Source: Defluviitaleaceae bacterium
GTDB taxonomy: Bacteria; Bacillota; Clostridia; Lachnospirales; WRAA01
Assembly: GCA_009780015.1 (NCBI GenBank)
Contig: WRAW01000002.1
Location: 12 to 64,011 of the forward strand
Reading direction: 5' to 3'
Length of the DNA stretch: 64,000 nucleotides
Shown: positions 1 through 9,353 of the stretch, in pieces
How the letters are laid out: each line of letters starts with the position of its first letter
How positions within the stretch are numbered: the stretch's first letter is position 1
The notes under the pieces: model-generated
Database searches by the model: none
The model's input: only the letters and a program-made list of their open reading frames with translations
Told to the model about the DNA's origin: nothing
Position numbers and translations under genes: made by a program

Positions 1-198
1 CGACACACAGTTTATTCATAAAAAAGAACGGCTTACAACATACCATTTGTTGTCAGGAGGTACTGTACTTTTATCTTTATATTCACTGCACTTTTTTATT
101 GACAAACACAGTGGGACAAGATAAAATATCATGTCTTAGAAAATTATCAAAATATAACCTCGGTCTGGAAATTTTACAGTAAGAAGGCCGGATGGAGT

Positions 199-447
199 TT
201 GGTTTTCAAAGCAAAAGGGATAACATTATTTTATTTTGCTCCATGCGACGGATATTTTAAAATTTTCTTAACTTATGGGAAGAATGCGGAAAAGGAGATG
301 AAACAATCGTATATCCCAGAACATGTTAAAGAAGCGATTTCTACCGCAATCGACTATGCAGAGGGAAAAACCTTTTTTATTGATGTGAAAGATGAAAGTG
401 ATTTAGAATCTGTATTCACCCTTCTTAGAATAAAACATGAATCGTAG
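199..447 (+). CDS. DUF3788-like protein, C-terminal part. Similarity continues upstream to about 103 with no start codon, so the gene may be frameshifted.
   Basis: The pattern GW.L.FK.KG..L....P..G.F...L..G..E....IDV.D...L..V..L..IK resembles the DUF3788 family. The in-frame upstream translation (QTQWDKIKYHVLENYQNITSVWKFYSKKAGWS) also looks family-like but lacks an ATG/GTG/TTG start. Confidence 0.35.
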   Translation: MVFKAKGITLFYFAPCDGYFKIFLTYGKNAEKEMKQSYIPEHVKEAISTAIDYAEGKTFFIDVKDESDLESVFTLLRIKHES

Positions 448-855
448 GTTGTTACGCCCTAATATATGTTCGGTAATTACAATTTGACAGAGGGTGGCGG
501 CTGGAAAACTGCTTGCCAAAGTCTGGGAATTTAAGCCGCAAAGCTGCAAGTTGTTCAAGCAGTTTGATGTTGACAACTAATCGTGTGTCTGATATAGTCA
601 AGGGACATAAGAATATGTATTCAATAACCGTCAAGATGGTGTTTTGCGTTTTTGAATACAGGTTCTAAGCAGAAAACTTATGGGAGCCGCGTAGGATTGC
701 ATAGTGTGCGTCCGTTACTTTACTAGACTTCTTGAGAAATCACAGATGTCTTCCTGGGTGTTTTGCTATACTCAGAGCTATGACAAGTGGAGATTTCATT
801 AAGGAGTCTATTGTTTGTGAGCAGAGTTAAATTTAAGAGAGGAGACGTGCGGTTT

Positions 856-2574
856 TTGAAGAGAACATGGCATAGATTTTGCCTGATTATACTGCTTGGT
901 TTCTTCATACTTCTTGTTACCGCTTGCGGAAGTGAGCAGCCGAACGGTGAGGGGTATGTCACAGATATATCGGAAGATGTGGAAAATATAGCGTATCTGC
1001 CGGAGGAAGACCTCGAGCCGGCTGTCGTAAACACGTTGTTTTCCGATATGCTGGCACAGATTGAGCGGCAGACGCAAGTTGATGAAATGCTTCTTGCTGA
1101 GCTTGACAGCGGAATATACAGCTTTGACTATCCGCTTGTGGTGGTCGATCCGTATGGGATGTCTCCGCTTTCAGCTTTGGCGTTGTTTATCAGCGACGAG
1201 CCGATGAGTATTTCAGTCTACGTTCCCGGAAAGACTGAGCACGCAAGCGTATTTTTTGCACTGGACGGATACAACACGCGACACGAAGTTCCGATTTACG
1301 GGCTTTATCCCGACGAGCCGAACATGGTCGAGCTTACCGGGAGAACACGCGGCGGCGAAGTGAGAAGGGTTGTTCTTGAAATCCGGCCCGACCCGCTGCC
1401 GCCGGAATTGGCAAGAGACATTATAATCACGAACTTGCCGCAGCCGGAGCGGCTTCAACCGGGCTTTAATTTTACATTTGGACACAAAGCCGCGTTTGAC
1501 GTTAATGGGGAGTACAGATGGTTTTACAATGATTTTACGCTGAGAGGGTTTGCGATGTATGGTTATAATGGCCATATGATTTTTGCTGCAGGCTCTTATC
1601 ACGAAGGAGATGTACTTCTCCTGGAAGTCAACATGCTTGGCAGGGTTATCAGCGTTTATCATTCGCCATATGGTATGCATCATGATGTAACGGATATCAA
1701 CGGAAGGAACCTGCTGGTTAATGGAAGCCATGGTGATACCGTGGAAGATTTCATATATGAGATTGACGTTGAAACCGGTGAGATAGTAAACAGGCTTGAT
1801 TTAAAGCGTGTACTGCAGAGAACCCGCACCGTCGGATTCCCGGAAGTTTGTACGGTCGACTGGTTCCATCACAATTCTACGGTGTATTATAATGGAGACA
1901 TTATTATTTCGGGAAGACGGCAATCCGCCGTTGTCAGGCTTTCCTGGCCTGAAGGCGAGCTGAGATGGATACTGGCCGACCATATCGGATGGAGTCCGAT
2001 GTTTCAGAAGTATTTGCTTACCCCTGTGGGTGATTATTTTGAGTGGTCATACGGTCAGCACGACCCGCAAATACTTCACGGTTTTGACGATGATCCCTAC
2101 ACGATTGATATCTTGCTGTTCGACAACGGCAACGGCAGATTTGACCATGACAGGGAGCTTCAACGGGCGGTTGCGAACAATGAGATCGAAGCCCCCGAGA
2201 ATTATTCAAGAATGGTACATTACCGCATAAACGAAAGAGACATGACTATCGAGCAGATATGGCAGTTTGGGAAAGAATTGGGATATGACTTTTTTTCCAA
2301 AGGCTGGAGCAACGCCATATTGCTGGAAAACGGAAACAGGCTTGGAGCGTTTGACAGATATGATCCCGAAATGGGCGGAAACTTTAACGCCAACATCATA
2401 GAAGTCGATTACTCAGGAAATATTATATGGGAAGCTTTCGGCACCAGCACTACCGAAGTAGGGGGATTCCATGTGTACCGCGTTGTCCGGTTGCCTCTAT
2501 ATACTTCCGCCGCAAACGATTTACGCATTGACGTGCCGGCGAGGGTGTTCATCCCGGAGGACAGGCTGCCTTAG
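856..2574 (+). CDS. Aryl-sulfate sulfotransferase (ASST)-like lipoprotein, paralog 1
   Basis: Taken from ORF 787..2574. It has a lipobox (LLVTAC-GS). The Arylsulfotran_N-like motif DPYGMSPLSALALF..SISVYVPGK...FDGYNTRHEVPIYGLYPD is present, with ASST-type His motifs (MHHDV, WFHHNS, GQHDP). The start is set at a TTG that aligns with the ATG starts of paralogs 2 and 3. A GTG at 847 is an alternative. Confidence 0.8.
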   Translation: MKRTWHRFCLIILLGFFILLVTACGSEQPNGEGYVTDISEDVENIAYLPEEDLEPAVVNTLFSDMLAQIERQTQVDEMLLAELDSGIYSFDYPLVVVDPYGMSPLSALALFISDEPMSISVYVPGKTEHASVFFALDGYNTRHEVPIYGLYPDEPNMVELTGRTRGGEVRRVVLEIRPDPLPPELARDIIITNLPQPERLQPGFNFTFGHKAAFDVNGEYRWFYNDFTLRGFAMYGYNGHMIFAAGSYHEGDVLLLEVNMLGRVISVYHSPYGMHHDVTDINGRNLLVNGSHGDTVEDFIYEIDVETGEIVNRLDLKRVLQRTRTVGFPEVCTVDWFHHNSTVYYNGDIIISGRRQSAVVRLSWPEGELRWILADHIGWSPMFQKYLLTPVGDYFEWSYGQHDPQILHGFDDDPYTIDILLFDNGNGRFDHDRELQRAVANNEIEAPENYSRMVHYRINERDMTIEQIWQFGKELGYDFFSKGWSNAILLENGNRLGAFDRYDPEMGGNFNANIIEVDYSGNIIWEAFGTSTTEVGGFHVYRVVRLPLYTSAANDLRIDVPARVFIPEDRLP

Positions 2575-2737
2575 AGCCTGTTAAGTATCTCACGTTATCA
2601 CCAGATTTGCGGCCAATTTTCCGCATATCTTCGTTGTTTCCTACTAACGTACCTTACAGGTACGCGTCGTAGTCACCGCTTCGACCTGCGAATAATTACC
2701 TGGCAAATCTGGTGATAACGAGACACTAAGCAGGCTC
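2574..2737. repeat. MITE-like palindromic intergenic element, copy A (GAGCCTGTT-type terminal inverted repeats)
   Basis: The roughly 37-nt terminal inverted repeats are gagcctgttaagtatctcacgttatcaccagatttgc and ggcaaatctggtgataacgagacactaagcaggctc. The internal hairpin gcgtacc-ttaca-ggtacgc is shared with copy B. The left end overlaps the TAG stop of paralog 1. Confidence 0.65.
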
Positions 2738-2765
2738 TTATTGAAAAACGATTGGAGTGCGGTTC

Positions 2766-4529
2766 ATGAAAAAAGTAATTCATGGATATTATCTGATGTT
2801 ATTATTTTCCTTCACTCTTCTGTTGACCGCTTGCGGGAGCGCGCCGCCAAACGGTGACGAGGATTTCGCGGACGTGTTGGAATATATCGGATACGCGAAA
2901 TACACGGAGTATACAGAGGATTCGGAAGATATAGCATACACGCCGGAAGAACTTCCCATACCCTTTGCTGAAAATCCTTTGTTTTTAAATATTCTGGAGC
3001 AAGTCGATTGGCAAGTGCAAGTTGACGAAATGCTTATTGCTGAACTAAACAGCGGAATATACAGCTTCGACGCGCCGCTTGTGGTGGCAGACCCCTATGG
3101 AATGTCGCCTCTTTCCGCCCTGGCTCTGTTTATAAGCGACGAGCCGCTGAACATTTCGGTCTATGTCCCCGGAAGGACAGAGAATACAAGCGTATCCTTT
3201 ACATTTGACGGCTATAACACAAGGCACGAAATACCGATTTTGGGGCTGTACCCCGACGCGCAGACCACGGTCGAACTTACGGGAAGAACGCAGGGCGGCG
3301 AAGTGAGGCGCGTCACCTTTGAGGTTCAGACCGAACCGCTTCCTCCTGAGCTTGAGAAAAACATCATACTTACCGACCTGGTTCAGCCGGAGAACTATCA
3401 GCCGGGCTTTAATTTTACGTTCAGGCCGAAAGCCGCCTTTGACGCGCATGGTGAGTATAGGTGGTTTTACAATCACTTCGGAGTACTGCAGGCAGCCATG
3501 TACGATTACAACGGCCACATGCTGTTTGCGGTAGGAGCGTATCATCATGGACACGCTCTCATATTTGAAGTGAATATGCTGGGCAAGATACTTAGCGTCT
3601 TCTATTCACCGTATGGGGTGTGTCACGATATTGCCGCTACCGACGAGGGGAATTTGATTGTCACCGGAAGCCGTGGGGACACAATAGAAGACTTCATTTA
3701 TGAAATAGATGTAACAACCGGCGAAATAGTCAACAGGCTTGATTTGAAGCGCGTATTGCAGCGAACGCGCACAGGCGGCTTTATGGCATATGAAAACTAC
3801 CCCGATAACTGGTTTCATCACAATGCTATTGTGTATGACAATGGGAGTATCATTGTTTCGGGAAGGAATCAATCCGCCGTAGTCAAGCTTTCCTGGCCTG
3901 AAGGCGAGCTTGAGTGGATACTGTCCGACCATACGGGCTGGAATCCTATGTTTCATAATTATTTGTTTACTCCGGTCGGCGCCGGTTTTGAATGGAGCCG
4001 CGGCCAGCATACCCCTACAATCCTTCATGATTTTGATAATAATCCCGATACAATGGATATATTGCTCCTTGACAATGGTAACGCCAGATTTCTTCATGAC
4101 GGTGAGCTCCAGCGCGCCCTTGCCAATAATGAGGTCATTTGGCCGGAGCGTTATTCGCGCATGGTACATTACCGTATAAATTTAAGAACCATGACTATTC
4201 AACAAATATGGCAGTTTGGTAAAGAATTGGGCGAAACGTACTTTGCCAGATGGGGAAGCAGCGCCCAGATGCTTGAAAACGGAAACAGGCTGGGAGTATT
4301 CGACAGACATATTTATTATCTTGGAGAGGGAAGAGGCATTAACACAAACTTTATCGAAGTTGATTCTTCGGGAAATATTATTTGGGAAGCGTACGCTACA
4401 AGCACTGATGCCATGGGAACGTTTAACGCCTATCGCGGTGAGCGCCGCCCGCTTTATACCGCCGCCGCGAACGATTTGCGCATTGGCGTGCCCGCAAGGG
4501 TATTAATCCCGGAGAATATGCTTCCGTAA
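2766..4529 (+). CDS. Aryl-sulfate sulfotransferase (ASST)-like lipoprotein, paralog 2
   Basis: Taken from ORF 2757..4529. It has a lipobox (LLLTAC-GS) and the same motif set as paralog 1. An ATG start follows a GGAG-like ribosome-binding site. Confidence 0.8.
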   Translation: MKKVIHGYYLMLLFSFTLLLTACGSAPPNGDEDFADVLEYIGYAKYTEYTEDSEDIAYTPEELPIPFAENPLFLNILEQVDWQVQVDEMLIAELNSGIYSFDAPLVVADPYGMSPLSALALFISDEPLNISVYVPGRTENTSVSFTFDGYNTRHEIPILGLYPDAQTTVELTGRTQGGEVRRVTFEVQTEPLPPELEKNIILTDLVQPENYQPGFNFTFRPKAAFDAHGEYRWFYNHFGVLQAAMYDYNGHMLFAVGAYHHGHALIFEVNMLGKILSVFYSPYGVCHDIAATDEGNLIVTGSRGDTIEDFIYEIDVTTGEIVNRLDLKRVLQRTRTGGFMAYENYPDNWFHHNAIVYDNGSIIVSGRNQSAVVKLSWPEGELEWILSDHTGWNPMFHNYLFTPVGAGFEWSRGQHTPTILHDFDNNPDTMDILLLDNGNARFLHDGELQRALANNEVIWPERYSRMVHYRINLRTMTIQQIWQFGKELGETYFARWGSSAQMLENGNRLGVFDRHIYYLGEGRGINTNFIEVDSSGNIIWEAYATSTDAMGTFNAYRGERRPLYTAAANDLRIGVPARVLIPENMLP

Positions 4530-4551
4530 CTAAGTGATAGGGGTGCAGTTC

Positions 4552-6282
4552 ATGAAAAGAATTGGTTATGGATTTTGTCTGATATTGGCGCTTGTTGTCA
4601 TTGCTCTTTTGTTGACGGCTTGCGGGGATGAGCAGTCAAACGGCGATGAGTATGTTACGGACATATCGGAAGACGCGGAAGATACGGTATACACGCCGGA
4701 GGAAGGCTATGAATCTGCCGTCGAAGATACATTGTTTATCGACATTCTGGAGCAAATCGAACGTCAGACGCGAGTTGATGAAATGCTTCTTGCCGAACTG
4801 GACAGCGGCGCGTACAGCTTTGACGATCCGCTGGTGGTGCTCGACCCATATGGGATGTCGCCGCTTGCGGCTCTGGCGCTGTTTGTAAGCGACGAACCGA
4901 TGAATATTTCGGTCTATGTACCCGGACGGTCTGAGCTTACAAGCGTCTACTTTACCTTCGACGGCTACAATACAAGGCATGAAGTGCCGATTTATGGACT
5001 GCATCCAGATAAGCTGAACAGGGTGGAGCTTACCGGAAGAACACGCGGCGGCCAATTGCGGAGCGTTATGCTTGAGATACAGACCGATCCGCTGCCGCCG
5101 GAGCTGGCGCAGCACATCCTGATTACGGACTTAGTACAGCCTGAGAGCTATCAGCCCGGGTTTAATTTTACATTCTGGTATAAAACCGCGTTTGATAAGT
5201 ATGGCGAGTATAGATGGTTTTACAATAACTTTGATCTCCTGGTTACGACTCTGTACGATTATCATGGTCACATGCTGTTTGCGGCGGGCGCGGGACTGTT
5301 TACAGAAGGAGACGTTCTCATAATCGAAGCAAACATGCTGGGCAAGATACTGAACGTATACCATTCGCCTTACGGAGCATGTCACGATATCGCGGAAACT
5401 AGCGGGGGAAACTTGATTGTTACCGGAAACCGCGGGGATGTGGCGGAAGACTTTATTTATGAAATAGATGCGGAAACGGGCGAAATAGTTAACAGGCTTG
5501 ATTTGAAGCGTGTATTGCAAAGAACGCGTACATCCGGCTTCCCGGAACATAGTCCGTCCAATTGGTTTCATCATAACGCACTTGTATACTATAATGGAAG
5601 CATTATTGTTTCGGGAAGACATCAATCCGCTGTTGTAAAGCTTTCATGGCCTGATGGCGAAGTTGAATGGATATTGTCCGACCATTCTGGGTGGAATCCC
5701 ATGTTTCAAAGATATCTGCTCACTCCCATCGGCGGAGATTTCGGGTGGAGTTTTGGTCAGCACGCCCCCGTAGTCCTTCCAGACCTTGATAATGACCCGG
5801 ATACAATAGATATTTTGTTATTCGATAATGGCAACGGCAGATTTTACCTTGACAGGGAGCTTCAGCGGGCAATCAGGAACAATGAGGTCGCCATTCCCGA
5901 GAATTTTTCAAGGATGGTGCACTACCGAATAAATGAAAGAACTATGACAATTGAGCAGATCTGGCAGTTTGGTGAAGAATTGGGCGAAGCCTTCTTTGCC
6001 GAATTTATGAGCAGCGCCCAGCCGCTTGAAAACGGAAACAGGCTGGGGGCGTTCGACAGAAGAATATTTATTGACGAGGTTGGCGTTGGTTTTAGTACAA
6101 GCTTTGTTGAAGTTGATTCTTCGGGAAATATTGTTTGGGAAACGTACGCAACAAGTACTGACGGCGTAGGAACATTTAACACTTATCGCGCCGAACGCCG
6201 CCCGCTTTACACCGTAGCCGCCAACGATCTGCGCATCGGCGTACCGGCGAGGGTATTCATCCCAGAGGACAGGCTGCCGTGA
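4552..6282 (+). CDS. Aryl-sulfate sulfotransferase (ASST)-like lipoprotein, paralog 3
   Basis: Taken from ORF 4534..6282. It has a lipobox (LLLTAC-GD) and is co-linear with paralogs 1 and 2 over its whole length. Confidence 0.8.
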   Translation: MKRIGYGFCLILALVVIALLLTACGDEQSNGDEYVTDISEDAEDTVYTPEEGYESAVEDTLFIDILEQIERQTRVDEMLLAELDSGAYSFDDPLVVLDPYGMSPLAALALFVSDEPMNISVYVPGRSELTSVYFTFDGYNTRHEVPIYGLHPDKLNRVELTGRTRGGQLRSVMLEIQTDPLPPELAQHILITDLVQPESYQPGFNFTFWYKTAFDKYGEYRWFYNNFDLLVTTLYDYHGHMLFAAGAGLFTEGDVLIIEANMLGKILNVYHSPYGACHDIAETSGGNLIVTGNRGDVAEDFIYEIDAETGEIVNRLDLKRVLQRTRTSGFPEHSPSNWFHHNALVYYNGSIIVSGRHQSAVVKLSWPDGEVEWILSDHSGWNPMFQRYLLTPIGGDFGWSFGQHAPVVLPDLDNDPDTIDILLFDNGNGRFYLDRELQRAIRNNEVAIPENFSRMVHYRINERTMTIEQIWQFGEELGEAFFAEFMSSAQPLENGNRLGAFDRRIFIDEVGVGFSTSFVEVDSSGNIVWETYATSTDGVGTFNTYRAERRPLYTVAANDLRIGVPARVFIPEDRLP

Positions 6283-6336
6283 GAACGCGGAATAATTGAA
6301 GGGACTTGTTCTCAATAACGAGGGGAGTGCAGTTTT

Positions 6337-6918
6337 ATGAAAATACTGGGTCATAGGCTTTGCCTGTTGTCATTGTTTGTCATGTGCGTACTTTTCGTAA
6401 CCGCGTGCCAGAGCGCTCCGTCAGACGGCGCGGAGGCGGAAGTTGATACAGATATACCATACGTCGCGGACATAAACACGTCTGATATCCGGCAACAAGT
6501 TACCGCCGTAGAATCCGATATGTGGAGGGTAGAGTTGCATAGCGCGGAAACCGCGGAAAGGCTGTCGGAGATGATAGCCACTGTTCAGTATGGCGGCGGC
6601 ATTGTGGAAACGGAGAGCGAGTTTGTGGCGGGGCACGGCAATGTATTCCTGCTGCTGGGGCTCACTATTGAGAAGATTGGGGCGGGCAGGGCTTCCTTCT
6701 CGTGGAATGACGCGCATGTTATAGACAGCGACGGCAATATATTCTACCGCCACCCAAACGATACCTTTTTGGCTCATCTCAGTATTCCGCGCATGAGGGG
6801 TACCGACATCGTGTTTGGGAACGAATCGGGTTATGTATGCTTCGAGATTCCGGCGGGCGCGGACGGGCTACTGTTTGTAGCCGATGAAGGCAATATCATC
6901 ATAGAGGTTCGCCCATAA
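6337..6918 (+). CDS. Lipoprotein with a possible DUF4352-like Ig-fold domain
   Basis: It has a signal peptide and lipobox (LFVTAC-QS). The beta-rich C-terminal region resembles DUF4352. It lies in the same orientation directly after the ASST genes. Confidence 0.5.
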   Translation: MKILGHRLCLLSLFVMCVLFVTACQSAPSDGAEAEVDTDIPYVADINTSDIRQQVTAVESDMWRVELHSAETAERLSEMIATVQYGGGIVETESEFVAGHGNVFLLLGLTIEKIGAGRASFSWNDAHVIDSDGNIFYRHPNDTFLAHLSIPRMRGTDIVFGNESGYVCFEIPAGADGLLFVADEGNIIIEVRP

Positions 6919-6953
6919 ATAAAGTATTTCAGGACGGGATATAAGGTGACGGT

Positions 6954-8225
6954 ATGATATTAACTGCCATCCGCAGGCTTATCAAGGCGTGGAAGCAATA
7001 TGGTCTTGTCGCGACGCTTAGGCTAATCAGCTATCGGCTAAAATCCGACTTAGTCGGAAGAAACACGCATCTGGGAGGCATTGCTGCCGAGATGTACAAC
7101 GAATTGCTGCGAAAGCATCAATCGGGAGAGATTCAAGGTATCGCAATAATCCCATCCGCGTTTGAATTTGACGAGCTTTACAATCAACGAACCATTAATC
7201 TGGCAAAGTATCTCTCCGGCAAAGGGTATGGAGTAATATATGTAGCGTGGCAATGGCATAGGGGAGAAGTTCTGCAGAAGAACTATCAGTACGTATACAA
7301 AAATGTCATACAGGTTCCGCTGTATAGTTTTTCGGAAACTTATTTTCAATTAAAAATATTTTCTGAAATCAACAACAAGAAATATTTGATAATGCTTCCC
7401 GCGAAAATATTTTATGACTTGCTGTTCTTTATGAAGGAACATTGCTTTGACGTTTACTATGACATAATGGACGATTGGGAATGCTTTCACAAGGCAGGGC
7501 AAGCTCCATGGTATAACAAGAGCATCGAGGAAGCCATAGTGCTTAACGCAAACAGAATAACGGCCGTGTCAACGTCACTGGTTCGCAAGTTTTCTCACTT
7601 GAGAACCGATATCGGATGTGTGGGAAATGGTTTCTGTTCGGAGTTGCTGGGTGCCCCAAAAATCGCTTTGGCAGATATCAGGGAAGACGCCGGAATCAAC
7701 ATAGGCTATTTTGGACATCTCACAGACGCGTGGTTTGATTGGCAGCTATTGTTTGAGCTGCTTGAAAAGCATAAGAACGTACACTTGAACATAATAGGCT
7801 ACGGAGAGCCGAACGAAGTGCGTAAAAAGGCTCAAAAGTATGATAATCTCAACCTGGTCGGAAAGATCAGCCCCAGAGAACTGCGTGAGTACGCCGATCA
7901 TTGGCATGTTGCGATAATCCCTTTCAAAAAGTTGGAACTGTCGGAAGCTGTAGACCCGATAAAGATATATGAATATTTATACCTTGATCTGCCTGTTGTC
8001 GCTACGGGAATTCCACATCTAAAAGATTACCCGTATGTAGAAGTTGTGGATAATAATTCTGAGCTGCTGTACAATTCCATAGTTAAGCAATACGAAAAAA
8101 AGCTGGGCAACGAAGTCGACTATTCTGTTATAAGCAGCTTCCTTTCAGATAAGACATGGGATAAGCGATTCGGTGAATTGTTTGAAACTGATTTCCTGTC
8201 CGCGTTGTATAAGGAGGAAGTGTAA
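6954..8225 (+). CDS. Glycosyltransferase (GT-B fold, GT4/TuaH-like)
   Basis: The C-terminal motif IIPFK...SEAVDPIKIYEYLYLDLPVVATG is typical of GT1/GT4 family enzymes. Confidence 0.65.
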   Translation: MILTAIRRLIKAWKQYGLVATLRLISYRLKSDLVGRNTHLGGIAAEMYNELLRKHQSGEIQGIAIIPSAFEFDELYNQRTINLAKYLSGKGYGVIYVAWQWHRGEVLQKNYQYVYKNVIQVPLYSFSETYFQLKIFSEINNKKYLIMLPAKIFYDLLFFMKEHCFDVYYDIMDDWECFHKAGQAPWYNKSIEEAIVLNANRITAVSTSLVRKFSHLRTDIGCVGNGFCSELLGAPKIALADIREDAGINIGYFGHLTDAWFDWQLLFELLEKHKNVHLNIIGYGEPNEVRKKAQKYDNLNLVGKISPRELREYADHWHVAIIPFKKLELSEAVDPIKIYEYLYLDLPVVATGIPHLKDYPYVEVVDNNSELLYNSIVKQYEKKLGNEVDYSVISSFLSDKTWDKRFGELFETDFLSALYKEEV

Positions 8226-9289
8226 TGAGAGTCCTGTGTGTATATAAATATGCCACTGTGGGCGGCGTGGAGCGGGTCATTCTTAATAGGGCTAGGGCTT
8301 TTAAGGAGCACGGTCTGCATGTCAAACAAGATGTTTTCTTTTTCCAAGATTCCGGAGGATTACAGTATTTCCGCAAGTTTATAAACTATTTTCAGCTCGA
8401 AGACCATATTGCGGTAGTCTCGGAGATAGAGGAAAAGAACTATGATTTGATATTTTCGTTTGATACGCCGGAGGTTTTTGAATATGTAAGGGATACGTCG
8501 AATGTTATTGTGGAATGTCATTCTCCTTATAAAGAGTCGCGGGCGTATCTTAAGTCTATTCCTAAGAACGTCGCTAAAATAGTGTCGCCTGGCGAGGCTT
8601 TCATGGAGTCGGTCATACGCGACGAAGTACTGAGCGTTTTTGGAGACAGGCTGTTTGTGCTTCCTAATTTCTATATCAGCAATGCCCATACGAATATACC
8701 GCCGGCAAAGATTTGGGCGAAGAAGCCCATTTGCTATGTTGGCCGCATGGATTCCCTCAAGAATACAAAAGAGTTGCTGGATATTTTCACCATAATGCGT
8801 AAAAAGCTTGACGACGACTATTTTCTCCTGCTTGTCGGGGATGTCCGGCCGCACTATATGGACATCAAGGATACGATAAAGAAATTGCGGGTTGAAGACA
8901 GGGTCGTGTACTTTCGGCCAATTCCTTTTGAGAAAGTAGATGTTTTGTTCACGGCAGTGAAGCTTCACAATGGGATTTTCGTTTCGCCGTCCAGGGGTGA
9001 AAGCTTCGGGCTTTCCGCTCTGGAAGCGATGTCAAACAATGTTCCGGTGCTGCTTTCGGAAATTGAATGTCATAAGCCCTTGATAAACAACGATCCGGCG
9101 TTTCGATATCAACCCGGCGACATACATGAAGCCGTAGCAAAAGTTGAATATATCTCAGACAACTATTACGATTTATCGGTAAAGGTGAGCCAATTTGCGG
9201 CAAAGCATAATAGCGCGTACTTTATCGAGTCTTGGAGAGAATTGTGCGCCGGTACAAAAAATTTGCTTGACACATGCAAGCCTTTTTGA
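8225..9289 (+). CDS. Glycosyltransferase family 4
   Basis: An E-x7-E type motif is present (GESFGLSALEAMSNNVPVLLSE). The start overlaps the stop of the upstream gene (TAATG). Confidence 0.8.
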   Translation: MRVLCVYKYATVGGVERVILNRARAFKEHGLHVKQDVFFFQDSGGLQYFRKFINYFQLEDHIAVVSEIEEKNYDLIFSFDTPEVFEYVRDTSNVIVECHSPYKESRAYLKSIPKNVAKIVSPGEAFMESVIRDEVLSVFGDRLFVLPNFYISNAHTNIPPAKIWAKKPICYVGRMDSLKNTKELLDIFTIMRKKLDDDYFLLLVGDVRPHYMDIKDTIKKLRVEDRVVYFRPIPFEKVDVLFTAVKLHNGIFVSPSRGESFGLSALEAMSNNVPVLLSEIECHKPLINNDPAFRYQPGDIHEAVAKVEYISDNYYDLSVKVSQFAAKHNSAYFIESWRELCAGTKNLLDTCKPF

Positions 9290-9353
9290 TATTCTGATAT
9301 TGGTGTGAAAGATCATTATCATAGGATAATTATAACTTCAACAAGGCGGGAAT

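Noticed and set aside
1213-1731. Long antisense ORFs inside the three ASST genes (for example 1213..1731, 3045..3554, 3606..4169, 4636..5115 and 5131..5625, all on the minus strand)
   Set aside because: They lie fully inside strongly supported plus-strand genes. They have no ribosome-binding sites and their composition is basic and Arg/Cys-rich, typical of shadow frames. Their recurrence only reflects the paralogy of the sense genes.
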